DNA of 64,000 nt. It comes from Chrysemys picta bellii (taxonomy: Eukaryota). A program made the translations under genes and the position numbers. The stretch lies in assembly GCF_011386835.1 (NCBI RefSeq), contig NC_088791.1, positions 88,536,001-88,600,000 of the forward strand, given 5' to 3'. Of the stretch, positions 1 through 9,812 are shown piece by piece. The first letter of the stretch is position 1. Every line of letters starts with the position of its first letter. Below the pieces are notes generated by a model. It saw only the letters and a list, made by a program, of their open reading frames with translations. It was not told the DNA's origin and did not search any database.

Positions 1-1334
1 GACTTCCAGAGACCTGAAATATCAAAATAACTGAGAGAAAATGCTATACTTATTGTCCAACTTAATTGAAATTAGAATTTCTGTTTTCATAACAACCCCA
101 GACCAAAGAGCTTGGAAAAAGTTTATAGACTTGTAGATGCTTAACCAGAAGTTTGATTAATGTATTCACAGATTTCAAGGCTAGAAGGGACAATTAAATC
201 ATCATTTGCATTCCTGTATAACACAGGCTATAGAATTTCACATAGTTTCACCTGCATAGAGTCCTAATACTTGTGTTTGCATCCAGTCTTGATCAGAAGA
301 CATAAAGAGATGGAGAATCCACCAGTTCCCTTGGTAGGTTCTTCCAATAATTTATCAGCCTCATTGTTTAAAACATGCATCTTATTTCTAATTTGAATTT
401 CTCTGGTTTTAACTTCCAGCCATTGGTTCCTGTTATCCTTTTCTCTGCTAGATTAAAGAGCATTGGTACCTGGTATTTTCTCCCCATGAAGGTTCTAATT
501 CACCATAATCAAGTCACCTTTTAGGCCTGGTCTACACTTAAAAATTGAGATTAATTTAGCTATGATGCTCAGGGCTGTGAAAAAATTTGTGCACTGATCA
601 CAGTAGTTAGGTCAACCTAATCCTGGATGGAGAGGAAGGAAGGAATGAAAAGTCATTCGGAGAGAATGAAGGAGTGAAAGGGCGTATGGCAGAGATTAGA
701 AGTACCTGAGGGAGGACTTAAAAAAAAAAAAAAGGATAGAGATTACAGTTGTAACCACTAGGAACTTTATTTTTTGGTAAAAAATTTCCCCACGTTGCTA
801 CTAGTTCAGCTTCCCTATTGGCAGCAAAGATGAGAACCCTCGTGCAGATCTGGGTACAAGTGGCTACTGGTATTTAAAGCACCCTGCCATATAACAGTAC
901 TGCCAAGACTTGTAACATTTGGTGTTTTTCTTAAAGTTCCAGCTCCTTAAATGTGTAATTATGTAAGAATTTCAGCTTTAAAACAAAGAAGGCTCTAGTG
1001 CTCATGACTTTGGAGGAAAGGATGAAAAAGTTATTTAAGTGCAGAATAAAGTTAAAAAATTATAATGCAAATAAAAAGAACCTAAGATTTTATATTTTAA
1101 ACCAATCTCAAGATTTTTTTGGGGGTGGGGGAGAACTGACTCATGATTCTTGACTGTGTGGAGTTGGTAATATTACATGTAGCTACATTTAGCCTGGACC
1201 AGGTACAAGAGAGGAAAACCAGCACATGTAGACGCTGGAAGTGCTGGTCTGAAATGGGCAGGACATATTAGGCAGTAGGAGCAGAGAAGAGAGAGATTGA
1301 AAGTGCAGGAGGCCTATTTGGTGCCTGCAATTTA

Positions 1335-1571
1335 GGCCTGGTCTGCACGAAAAAGTTAGGTTTACCCAGCTGCGTGACTTGGGGGAGTGAAAATCCACCG
1401 CCCAGTGTAGACAGTGCTAGGCCGATGGAAGAATTCTTCCGTAGACCTGGCGCCTAGGGACACGAGGTGGATTAACTACGCTGGCAGGAGAACGCCTCCT
1501 ATCGGCGCAGGCCGTGACTACACCGCCACGGTGCAGCGACGTGCTGTAGCCTTTCAGGTGTGCACAAGCCC
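1335..1571. mobile_element. Harbinger-type MITE (CpG-rich copy)
   Basis: TTA then GGCCTGGTCTGCAC...GTGCACAAGCCC, degenerate versions of the TIRs of the 27708-31512 element. Confidence 0.65.
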
Positions 1572-1674
1572 TGCCATAGCTGCCCCTCGGGCCTGGATGG
1601 ATCAAACCAAAAACACCTTCCCCTGGGGCGAAGGGCCCAAGAACCAGTGGCTCAGCTAAGCCCGGGAACGCCGG

Positions 1675-2166
1675 TGTTGGCCAAATAGGGCCCGTTTCCC
1701 CCCGGAGCTTACCTAATTACACCAAGGAGGCACGGAGAGACAAGAAGACGGGTACCAGGTCCTTTATTTGTCAGTCAGCTGAGAGGGTGCTCCCATCGGC
1801 TCATGCCAGAGGGGAGAGACACCTTACAGGGCCAAGCAGGCCCTTTTTTATAACCAGTAACAAACAACTTAGCCTTGATTCTTTTGCGTCATTACACTGA
1901 CCTATAGATAATAGGTTACACAGAATACATATATTATTTTGGGGAAGGGGATACAAGAAACATCTGTTGCGGATACATTTATCATATTGAAGGGAGAACA
2001 AGGTACATCCCTTGACCCTTTGCACTAAATACCTTGGGGAGATATGGAGAAGCAGCTGCATATACTTGTGAGCCAAATGAGCCAATTAGCAAATAGCTGA
2101 CATGGTTAAATGCATGGTTAGATACACGTCCTTAATTTTATTTAGATCTCTAGGCCTTTTCCATCA
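1675..2166 (-). repeat. ERV 3' LTR
   Basis: Direct repeat of 9813-10304. Minus-strand AATAAA at 1763-1768, with a TATAAAA box upstream of it on the minus strand. Preceded on the minus strand by the PPT. Confidence 0.97.
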
Positions 2167-2168
2167 GA

Positions 2169-2179
2169 TCTCCCCCCTT
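2169..2179 (-). promoter_or_regulatory. ERV polypurine tract
   Basis: Minus strand reads AAGGGGGGAGA-TC-TGATGG into the 3' LTR start. Confidence 0.9.
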
Positions 2180-2197
2180 AAAAGCATTTTAAGAGTC

Positions 2198-3841
2198 TTA
2201 TAGCCCTTGTTCCTCAGTTTCTACTGGTTTGTACAATATCATCATTTGTTGATATGTAACCTGACTAGCCAATCTTCGGACTACCGCAACCAAGCAAGGG
2301 GTAAAGCAAGCGAGAGTTAATAGGGTGGTTACAAAGAATATAAAAAGGAGAAAACCTTTTCGTAGCCATCCCAATTGTGGCAGCCAGGAGGTAAACCAAT
2401 CTGTGTCCCACCCACCCCAGGTCTGTACTGGGACATGGGCTATCTTTCTCATTTCCTTTGTTAACTGTTTTACTGCCTGACCATTATCTATTTGTAAGCA
2501 GCAGTTAGACTCATTTAGTTTTGCACAGAGTCCTCCTTCCTCTGCTAGCAAGTAGTCAAGAACTATGTGGTGTTGAAGAATTGCATGTCTCATTTGAGTT
2601 GATTGATCGGCCAAAAGGTCCAGTACCGCGGCTGTTTGGTTGGTTAATATTTCCAAGATAGCCTGCAGCCTAATGATTCGGTTGAGATTATAGATTGGTT
2701 CCCTGGCTCCTGTTACTAGCTCACTAGGGTTCCAGGTGGCCGGTCCATAATGTTTGATGATCCTTTCAGGGGGCCATTCCTGAGCTCCCCAAGTTTGGGA
2801 ACTCCCGGCAGTCAAAGTGGAGTCCACAAACCATTTTTCTCTAATTAAATCATCATAAACTTTAATTCCCAACCTATTTCCTTGGTTTTGAGGTAGTAAA
2901 AAGAATAGAGGCCTAATATATCCTACATAACATATTCCTGACCAGTTTGGAGGCAATCTGCGATAAGCATAGGATCCACAGATCCAATAATGACCTTTCA
3001 AGGCCCAGATTCCATTAGCAAAGGGGCCATCCCAGGTCTCGGGGTTGTCTGCAGGGCCCGGCTCCTCATAATACAAAGCGTTACCTGATTCTATGGGCCC
3101 CCCGAGAAAATTATCTACGTCCGGATTACAGTAATCACATTTCCATGCCCCAGCCCTCGCCTTCCAGACACAGTTGCAACCAAATCTTGGGCTATTGGTA
3201 CTAGACCAAAATTGTTTAAAATGTGTCACTCGGGTTCCATTAGGGTGCTGCCATGCCCACTGATACCATCGTACCACGTGGTCCTTACTAGTGGTGTTAT
3301 CTCGCTGGCAACTTAAAAAGAGGGCATCAAAGTACCCATCCAATCCTACTGCCTTACAACCATCACCCGTATGATTCCAGTAGGAACATCTTACCCAGCT
3401 ATTATTAGTCAGCTTTACATGGGTATGGTTCCAGCGTCCCTGATACTTAAAACAGTCATACGGGCGACAGTAGGGATCCCAGCAATCAAATCCGAGAGAT
3501 AAAGTCCAGTTGCACGTACTTTCTCCCACATACTTTCCTTCGCGCTTTGTTCGATTAAGGCAAAAGACACCCATTCCAGTAAAATAGAGCCGCCAAGGGT
3601 CACTATCCTCAGTCCACCGTCCCATTCCATTATGCACTATGCTTAAGTTGCTTAGCCACCATTTGGGCTGCACTGGCTGGGCTACCCAGGGCCACTCATT
3701 TAATTCTCCTGGACCGCCACATACCCAACAATTGGTAAGGTTAAAGGAATCTGCTATTATTTCCCCTAATTGCAAAAACCTATTTTTCCAACCATATGAA
3801 TCACTGAATATACATAACAGAATTACAAGGGATAGCTTCAT
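2198..3841 (-). CDS. env: Retroviral envelope glycoprotein (547 aa, open; furin site appears mutated)
   Basis: Hydrophobic signal peptide, CWVC (CxxC) motif, ERV3-like WPPERII..YGPATW and NRIIRLQA motifs, ISD-like LQHHIVLDYLLAEEGG, C-x7-CC and a C-terminal TM helix. Confidence 0.95.
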   Translation of the reverse strand: MKLSLVILLCIFSDSYGWKNRFLQLGEIIADSFNLTNCWVCGGPGELNEWPWVAQPVQPKWWLSNLSIVHNGMGRWTEDSDPWRLYFTGMGVFCLNRTKREGKYVGESTCNWTLSLGFDCWDPYCRPYDCFKYQGRWNHTHVKLTNNSWVRCSYWNHTGDGCKAVGLDGYFDALFLSCQRDNTTSKDHVVRWYQWAWQHPNGTRVTHFKQFWSSTNSPRFGCNCVWKARAGAWKCDYCNPDVDNFLGGPIESGNALYYEEPGPADNPETWDGPFANGIWALKGHYWICGSYAYRRLPPNWSGICYVGYIRPLFFLLPQNQGNRLGIKVYDDLIREKWFVDSTLTAGSSQTWGAQEWPPERIIKHYGPATWNPSELVTGAREPIYNLNRIIRLQAILEILTNQTAAVLDLLADQSTQMRHAILQHHIVLDYLLAEEGGLCAKLNESNCCLQIDNGQAVKQLTKEMRKIAHVPVQTWGGWDTDWFTSWLPQLGWLRKGFLLFIFFVTTLLTLACFTPCLVAVVRRLASQVTYQQMMILYKPVETEEQGL

Positions 3842-6800
3842 TGTCCCTTTCTTCTAAACAGTCCCTTTAGTCCCTCTAGTCCTTGGTACTCCCAGATGGA
3901 GTCTTCACCTGTGCCATCCCGGGCTTCCAGAGCCGGAGTGGACAGAGGGCTGTTGTCCTCTTCGGTTGTGTTGCTCTCCGGGTTTGGATTCAGAAACCGC
4001 TTTACTCGTGTATGATGTGTCCACTTGTCGCTCCCGAGGACCTTAACGGCGGCCTGGCTGATGAGCGATACAGTGTGCGGACCGTCCCACCGTGGCGTGA
4101 GGGGATCGCGCTTCCACTTTTTGATAAGGACTTGATCACCAATCTGGAAGGAATGCACGGGTTGATCCAAGGGAAGGGTCTGGAAAGACGCCGCGTATCG
4201 ATGTAGCTGTAACAAAACAGATTGTAGCGCAGAAACCTGTTTCCACAAGGTGTCATTCCCTACTTCCCAGTTCACATCCTCTCGGTACCCCGGGATGAGT
4301 ACTCGGGGAGGGAACCCAAAGACCAGTTCAAAGGGTGAAAGTTTCAGACCCTTACACGGGGCCCTCCGAATGCGGGTAAGGGCGAGTGGCAGAGCATCAG
4401 GCCATTTTAAACCGGACTCCATACACAGTTTAGTGAGAGTATCTTTGAGAGTTCTATTCATTCTCTCCACTTGGCCCGAGCTCTGCGGTCTCCAAGGTGT
4501 ATGCAATTTCCATTGGATACCGAGGGCCCGCAACACCTGCTGAACCACCTGAGAGATAAAATGGCTTCCCCGGTCCGACTCAATTACTTCAGGGAGATGG
4601 AAGCGGGGAAGTATTTCATGTAACAGGGCTTTAGTGACTGCCCGTGCTTGACAATGCCGTGTAGGGTAACACTCTACCCACCCAGTAAGTTGGTCAATAA
4701 AAACAAGCAAATACTTATAGCCCCTACAAGGGGGGACTTCAGCAAAGTCCACCTGCCACCTTTGAAAAGGATAGGCAGCCCAGGGCCGGCCTCCCATTGG
4801 GGCGGGGGGGCCGCACCCCTTTTGGTTTGTTTGTTGGCAAATAGAACAGTTATTAACAATTCTTTGGGCTTCCATATGCATACCCAATCCCCTAAGGGAC
4901 CGGGTAGCCAAATCGACCATAGCTCCTGATCCCAAATGTCCCTCCTTATGTAAGGATTGGAGAATTTCCTGGAGTACTGGTCTAGGTACAAAAATCTCCC
5001 CCCCTGGCAACTTCCACCACCCAGAGGGAATTTGTTGGGCCCCTGTGGCTTGCGCGTGAGACACTTCCTCTGTTGTATAGTGGGGAGCAGGGGTTTTGAC
5101 TCCTGTATTTTGGGCCCAGAGAAGCCATGTGGCTCCTCCTTGTGCGGCTTCTTTCGCGGCCTGATCAGCCAATCGATTGTATTTACGCTGTTCGGTTTCA
5201 GGGGCCCTCCCATGTGCACGCACGTGTATCACGGCGACCCGGAGGGGGAGCATCAGGGCCTCAAGTAATGACTTAATAAGGGTCCCATGGGCTATTCTTT
5301 GGCCTGAAGCCGTAATGAAGCCCCTTTCTTTCCACATGGTTCCGTGGGCATGCACCACCATATACGCGTAACGACTGTCGGTATATAAATTAATAGTTTT
5401 CCCAGTTCCCAACCGGAGAGCCTCAATAAGAGCCACCAGCTCCGCCCCCTGGGCAGATAAATTGGGGCTAAGCTTAAACTTGTACACCTCTCCACTTTTA
5501 ACTATGACGGCTGCTCCTGTAAATCGCTTCCCATCTTCTACATAACTAGATCCATCAACATATCCTTCGATATCGGGATTGGGCCAGGGCAAATCTGAGA
5601 GATCAGGGCGAGGTTTAGTCTCTTGTTGCAAGACTTCAATACAATCATGAGTGGGGCGGGCCCTACAGGGAACCTGGGGATCAGGCAGCAAGGTAGCCGG
5701 GTTGAGGGAACTAACTGTCTTGAAAGTCAGGTTAGGGGCCAACAAAAGCCCTACCTCATATCTAGTATGCCGACTAGGATTTAGATGCTTTTCCCCGGCT
5801 CCTGTTCCCAGTATCTGGGGTATCCCATGGGGCACCACAACCTCAGTGTCCCCACCCAGGGTTAATTTTTCAGCCTCCTGTACAAGGAGAGCGGTCGCAG
5901 CCACGGCTCGTAAACAAGCCGGCCAGCCTTTGGCAACCGGGTCCAATACCTTTGAGTAATAACCTATGGGTCGCCAGGTCGGTCCCGACCTTTGGCACAG
6001 GACTCCAGATGCCACCCCTCCCCTCTCGTGAACGTATAGGGTGAACGGCTTCCGGGAATCCGGGAGAGCTAAAGCGGGAGGCTGAACTAAAGCCTTTTTA
6101 AGCTCTTGAAATGCTTTTTCTTTTTCCTTGGTCCATGTCCAGTGGAGCAGACCCTCTTTAGTAAGGGACTCGTATAGTGGTCTGGCCTTCCCTCCGTAGT
6201 CAGGGATCCAAAGCCAGCAAAAACCGGTTAGTCCCAGGAAAGCCCTCAACTCTCTGGGGTTTCGGGGTCGAGGGCTCTCGAGTATAACTTGGATCCTATC
6301 TTTACCCAAGCTACGACGTCCCTGACAAAGATGATACCCGAGAAAAGTGACCTGCTGTTTAACCAATTGGGCTTTTTCCCTGGAAACCTTGTACCCCTGA
6401 GCTCCAAGAAAATTAAGGAGTTCTATAGTCTGCTCTTTACAAGCTGTCTCCCTCTCAGCACTTAAGAGCAGATCATCACAATACTGAACTATGTTGCACG
6501 AGGGGTGTCTAGCCAGGAACGGGGCAAGATCTCTTTTTAGCTGGCTGCCGAAGATCTCGGGTGCACAGGTAAGTCCCTGAGGGACAACAGTCCAGAGATA
6601 CTGAGCCTTGTAATGAGTATCTGGGTCCTCCCATTCAAAGGCAAACAATTTCTGAGACTCCTGATCAAGGGGTATAGAGAAGAAAGCATCTTTTAAATCT
6701 ATTACAGAGAACCAGCTGTGGCTCTTGGGGACTTGGCCCAAGATAGTATGAGGGTTTGGGACAACTGGATAAGGGGCCTCTATTAACTTATTAACCTGTC

Positions 6801-7527
6801 TTAGGTCCTGGACCAATCGATACTGCCCATTAGGCTTAGGCACTCCCATTATCGGAGTATTGTACGGGGAAGTGCCTTCCCTTAGCCAGCTGTACTGTAA
6901 AAACTTTTGAATTAGAGGCTTCAATCCGATCCGAGTGGTTAATTTAAGGGGGTATTGTCGAATTCGGACTGGGCGGCTTCCTTCCTTAAGGGAAATATGC
7001 ACTGGTGGAGCGTTTCGAGCCCGAGCAAAGCCTCCCTCCTCAGCCCAGACTTTAGAGTTAACCCCCGGCAGCTGGTCCCTCTCACTCTCCGGCTGCGCCG
7101 TGGGAGGATTTTCAGCACTCAGAAGGGCCATTTGATAATTAGAAGTTTGTTGTTTAGGAAGCCTAACTTCCATAGTCCCATTATTATTGAACGAGATTTC
7201 TGCCTGTAATTTAGTAAGCACATCTCGTCCTAGCAGCGCAATGGGACAGGAAGGGCTACAAACGAATTGGTGGGAAATATGATGGTCCCCTACTCTCACT
7301 AAGAGGGGAAGAGTTTTTTCCAATTTTATGTTTTGTCCCTCTATCCCTTGAACTATAGCACACCCTTGAGCCCTTGCTTGAGGAGCCTCTGCGAGGGGAA
7401 GCAAACTAAGGGTAGCCCCTGTATCAATAAGGGCTTCAATTGGGCGGCCCCCTACCTTAATTGTTACCATGGGATCCAGGCTGGCGGGCTGTGCCGCCAG
7501 AAGGGGCCGCTGGGTCCCCCGGCCTCC
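3838..7527 (-). CDS. pol: Retroviral Pro-Pol (protease, RT, RNase H, integrase), expressed by readthrough of the gag amber stop
   Basis: Stop-free frame of more than 1210 aa: DTGA protease, LVQDLR and YCDD RT, DGSS/ELVAL/TDSRY RNase H, HHCC plus D-D-35-E integrase. Same frame as gag, following TAG at 7528-7530. Confidence 0.97.
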   Translation of the reverse strand, partial: GGRGTQRPLLAAQPASLDPMVTIKVGGRPIEALIDTGATLSLLPLAEAPQARAQGCAIVQGIEGQNIKLEKTLPLLVRVGDHHISHQFVCSPSCPIALLGRDVLTKLQAEISFNNNGTMEVRLPKQQTSNYQMALLSAENPPTAQPESERDQLPGVNSKVWAEEGGFARARNAPPVHISLKEGSRPVRIRQYPLKLTTRIGLKPLIQKFLQYSWLREGTSPYNTPIMGVPKPNGQYRLVQDLRQVNKLIEAPYPVVPNPHTILGQVPKSHSWFSVIDLKDAFFSIPLDQESQKLFAFEWEDPDTHYKAQYLWTVVPQGLTCAPEIFGSQLKRDLAPFLARHPSCNIVQYCDDLLLSAERETACKEQTIELLNFLGAQGYKVSREKAQLVKQQVTFLGYHLCQGRRSLGKDRIQVILESPRPRNPRELRAFLGLTGFCWLWIPDYGGKARPLYESLTKEGLLHWTWTKEKEKAFQELKKALVQPPALALPDSRKPFTLYVHERGGVASGVLCQRSGPTWRPIGYYSKVLDPVAKGWPACLRAVAATALLVQEAEKLTLGGDTEVVVPHGIPQILGTGAGEKHLNPSRHTRYEVGLLLAPNLTFKTVSSLNPATLLPDPQVPCRARPTHDCIEVLQQETKPRPDLSDLPWPNPDIEGYVDGSSYVEDGKRFTGAAVIVKSGEVYKFKLSPNLSAQGAELVALIEALRLGTGKTINLYTDSRYAYMVVHAHGTMWKERGFITASGQRIAHGTLIKSLLEALMLPLRVAVIHVRAHGRAPETEQRKYNRLADQAAKEAAQGGATWLLWAQNTGVKTPAPHYTTEEVSHAQATGAQQIPSGWWKLPGGEIFVPRPVLQEILQSLHKEGHLGSGAMVDLATRSLRGLGMHMEAQRIVNNCSICQQTNQKGCGPPAPMGGRPWAAYPFQRWQVDFAEVPPCRGYKYLLVFIDQLTGWVECYPTRHCQARAVTKALLHEILPRFHLPEVIESDRGSHFISQVVQQVLRALGIQWKLHTPWRPQSSGQVERMNRTLKDTLTKLCMESGLKWPDALPLALTRIRRAPCKGLKLSPFELVFGFPPRVLIPGYREDVNWEVGNDTLWKQVSALQSVLLQLHRYAASFQTLPLDQPVHSFQIGDQVLIKKWKRDPLTPRWDGPHTVSLISQAAVKVLGSDKWTHHTRVKRFLNPNPESNTTEEDNSPLSTPALEARDGTGEDSIWEYQGLEGLKGLFRRKGQ

Positions 7528-7530
7528 CTA
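7443..7530 (-). promoter_or_regulatory. Gag-pol stop-codon readthrough signal (UAG, 8-nt spacer, predicted pseudoknot)
   Basis: TAG GGAGGCCG followed by complementary blocks GGGACCCAG/CTGGATCCC and GCGGCCCC/GGGGCCGC. The layout resembles the MLV readthrough element. Confidence 0.75.
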
Positions 7531-9169
7531 TACAAACGACTCTTCCGCGCCGTTGTAGAAGATGGGCGCGGGTGGGACTTTGTTTCTATATCCTTCCCCC
7601 ATGGTGTGTCGCTGGGGGCATTCGTTCTTCCAGTGGCCCTCCTCTTTACAGATAGCACATTGATTTAGTCCCAAACGGCGGCCCTTTCCCTTCCCCTGTG
7701 GTCCTGTTTGCCCCTTGCCCCCCTTTTTCTCACTTCCCTCCCTCAGGGCCATCGCTAACATGCGGGCCCCCTTTTTCTGTTCCTCATTGTCTCTGCGATC
7801 ATAGACCTTTAATGCAATCTCTAAGAGCTCCTCTATATTTTTACCCGATGCCCCGTCCAATTTCTGCAACTTTTTCCTAATATCCTCATAGGACTGCCCA
7901 ATAAAGAGGGGAATTAACACCCGCTTCCCATTGGCATCCTCCGGATTGAGGTCTGTGTATCTTTTACAGGTGTTACACAGGCGCTCATAAAAGGCGGCTG
8001 GATTCTCATTCCTTTCCTGTCGAATATTATACAACTTGGCCCAATTTGGAGTCTTTCTAATACAGCGTTTCATCCCCTGTACTATAGCTACAGCATATCT
8101 GCGATGGAGGTCTCGACCCTCCTCAGTATTATGGGCCCAATTGGGCACGGTCTCAGGGAGCTGGTTGGCTAAATCAGCTGCGCTCGCTCCCCCTCCTGCT
8201 AGCCCCTCACGGGCTTTTGAGATGACCAAGCGCCTCTCCTCCGCAGTCAGTAGGGTATTTAGAGCAATTCTCATATCGCCCCAAGTAGGATTATGGGCCG
8301 AGACCAAAGTTTCAAAGACTGCTGTTAGTGGAGCGGGGTCCTCTGTAAACGGGGGGTTCTGGTGCTTCCAGTTATATAGGTCACTTGTAGTAAAGGGGAC
8401 ATATATCATAGTGAGCGCACCTCCGGGGGCTACAGTTTCCCTTAGGGGCAGTTGGTGCACCGGGGCTACCTTTGCCGTTACAGGGCTCTTAATAAAAGTG
8501 AACCGTGTGTCCCCAGGGTTGTACTTATCTGTTAATTTCCATTCCCCCTCAGCCGTCCCGGAGCCAGTTTTGCTCCTAGTGCGGTCAGACACCGCGGAGC
8601 CTGTGGAGCTCGTAGAGGGCTCTGGAGCAGAGGAGTCCTGATCACTGAGATCCTCTCTAATACTTTCTCCTGATCTTTTCGTCGGGGTATCACTTTCAGG
8701 GGAAGGAGACTGTTCTGGCAAGACCGGAGGGCCAGGATACACTGGAGGAGGGGGCATAGGATCAGGGGCAGAAGGAATCACAACTGGTGGACAGAGTTTC
8801 TTAACAGGGGGACGACCAGGGTGCCTAACAGGGGCACGGGCCATTAAGGCCCCAATGGCCTGTGCTTTACATTTTCGCAGCCGGGGGGGTGGGATTGGCT
8901 GCAAGATCCTGCCAAATATCTATATAGGGAAACTGGTCCCAATGTCCATCCCCAGTTACAATGCCATGCACAGCTTGCACAGTTTTTAATTTAAGTGTTC
9001 CCCCAATGGGCCATTCCACCCCAAATGTCGTCCATTCCACAGTACAGAATTTTATCAGATCATCTTTACATAATACCATTACATAATCAGCCTGGCGTCT
9101 AAACGCCTTCCAATTATTTAACATACATTCCAAGGGTGTCCCAGCGTATGTGCTTTGTCCGGACCCCAT
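7528..9169 (-). pseudogene. gag: Retroviral gag with a single frameshift in a C7 run at about 8883-8889
   Basis: MGSGQS myristoylation start (ATG 9169), matrix (EW..FGV.WP..GT), proline-rich region, capsid (VPFTTSDLYNWK, MHR-like QERNENPAAFYERL) and one CCHC knuckle. Split between ORFs 8867-9184 and 7528-8904. Confidence 0.93.
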
Positions 9170-9580
9170 TATGCTTGTATTCAATTAAACCTGGTCACGG
9201 GTTCGACCGACCCCCCTTGCGATCAAGATATCCTAGTCACGGGGTTTCCCCTCGCAGGAGTCTCGGTGCGGCTAGAGTCGGTTTAAGTCCTAGACCTGGT
9301 TATCACAATTTTGGCTTCCAACATATCATTAATATGAAAAAGAACAATATCCCTGCCAAGAATAAAAGCAGGCCCTGGGACTTTTCTACGTCCCAATAAT
9401 TGTCCAGTACAGCCCACGGACTAGTGAAGTTAGTGAAATTATTCATTAGCCGCTGCCTGGTTCAGTTACCATGACCACAAAAGATTTATCCACCTACAAT
9501 ACCTTCCCACACAGGGGTTACCTAAAGGGTCCAACCTACACTGCGGGGGGCGTTATCCCTCAAACCCAAGAGGTAAACGC

Positions 9581-9589
9581 ACTTACCGC
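9581..9589 (-). promoter_or_regulatory. Probable ERV major splice donor in the leader
   Basis: Minus-strand GCG|GTAAGT between PBS and gag start. Confidence 0.6.
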
Positions 9590-9791
9590 CCGGAGTGGCC
9601 GCGTCCGGCTGTTGGACCTTCCCCTCTTCTGGTACCGTCTTATCTCCGTGTCGTTAGGAGTTCTCTTTAGAGAGGACACAGCCGCCCCGACCGATTGTGA
9701 CGACCCGAGGCCCGAGCAAACCAACAGCTCGAGGTGGCCACTCCTCGGAATCGCCTTCGGTCATCGGTCAGTGCCCTCCACAGGGAGAGAA

Positions 9792-9809
9792 GTCCCGGCG
9801 GAGTCGCCA
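9792..9809 (-). promoter_or_regulatory. Primer-binding site complementary to tRNA-Arg(UCU)
   Basis: TGGCGACTCCGCCGGGAC, 3 nt after the 5' LTR. Matches the recalled 3' end ...GTCCCGGCGGAGTCGCCA of vertebrate tRNA-Arg-TCT. Confidence 0.85.
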
Positions 9810-9812
9810 ATT

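Noticed and set aside
1801-2085. 94-aa ORF repeated at 9939-10223
   Set aside because: Lies within the LTRs, so the duplication reflects LTR identity. No recognisable domain, and it spans the TATA region.
3876-3917. Short upstream ATG frame (13 codons) before env on the minus strand
   Set aside because: Could arise from a silent GAC-to-GAT change in pol; no evidence of function without sibling sequences.
3883-5959. Several 60-180 aa ORFs overlapping pol in other frames or strands
   Set aside because: Shadow ORFs of a long coding region, with no motifs or independent start signals.
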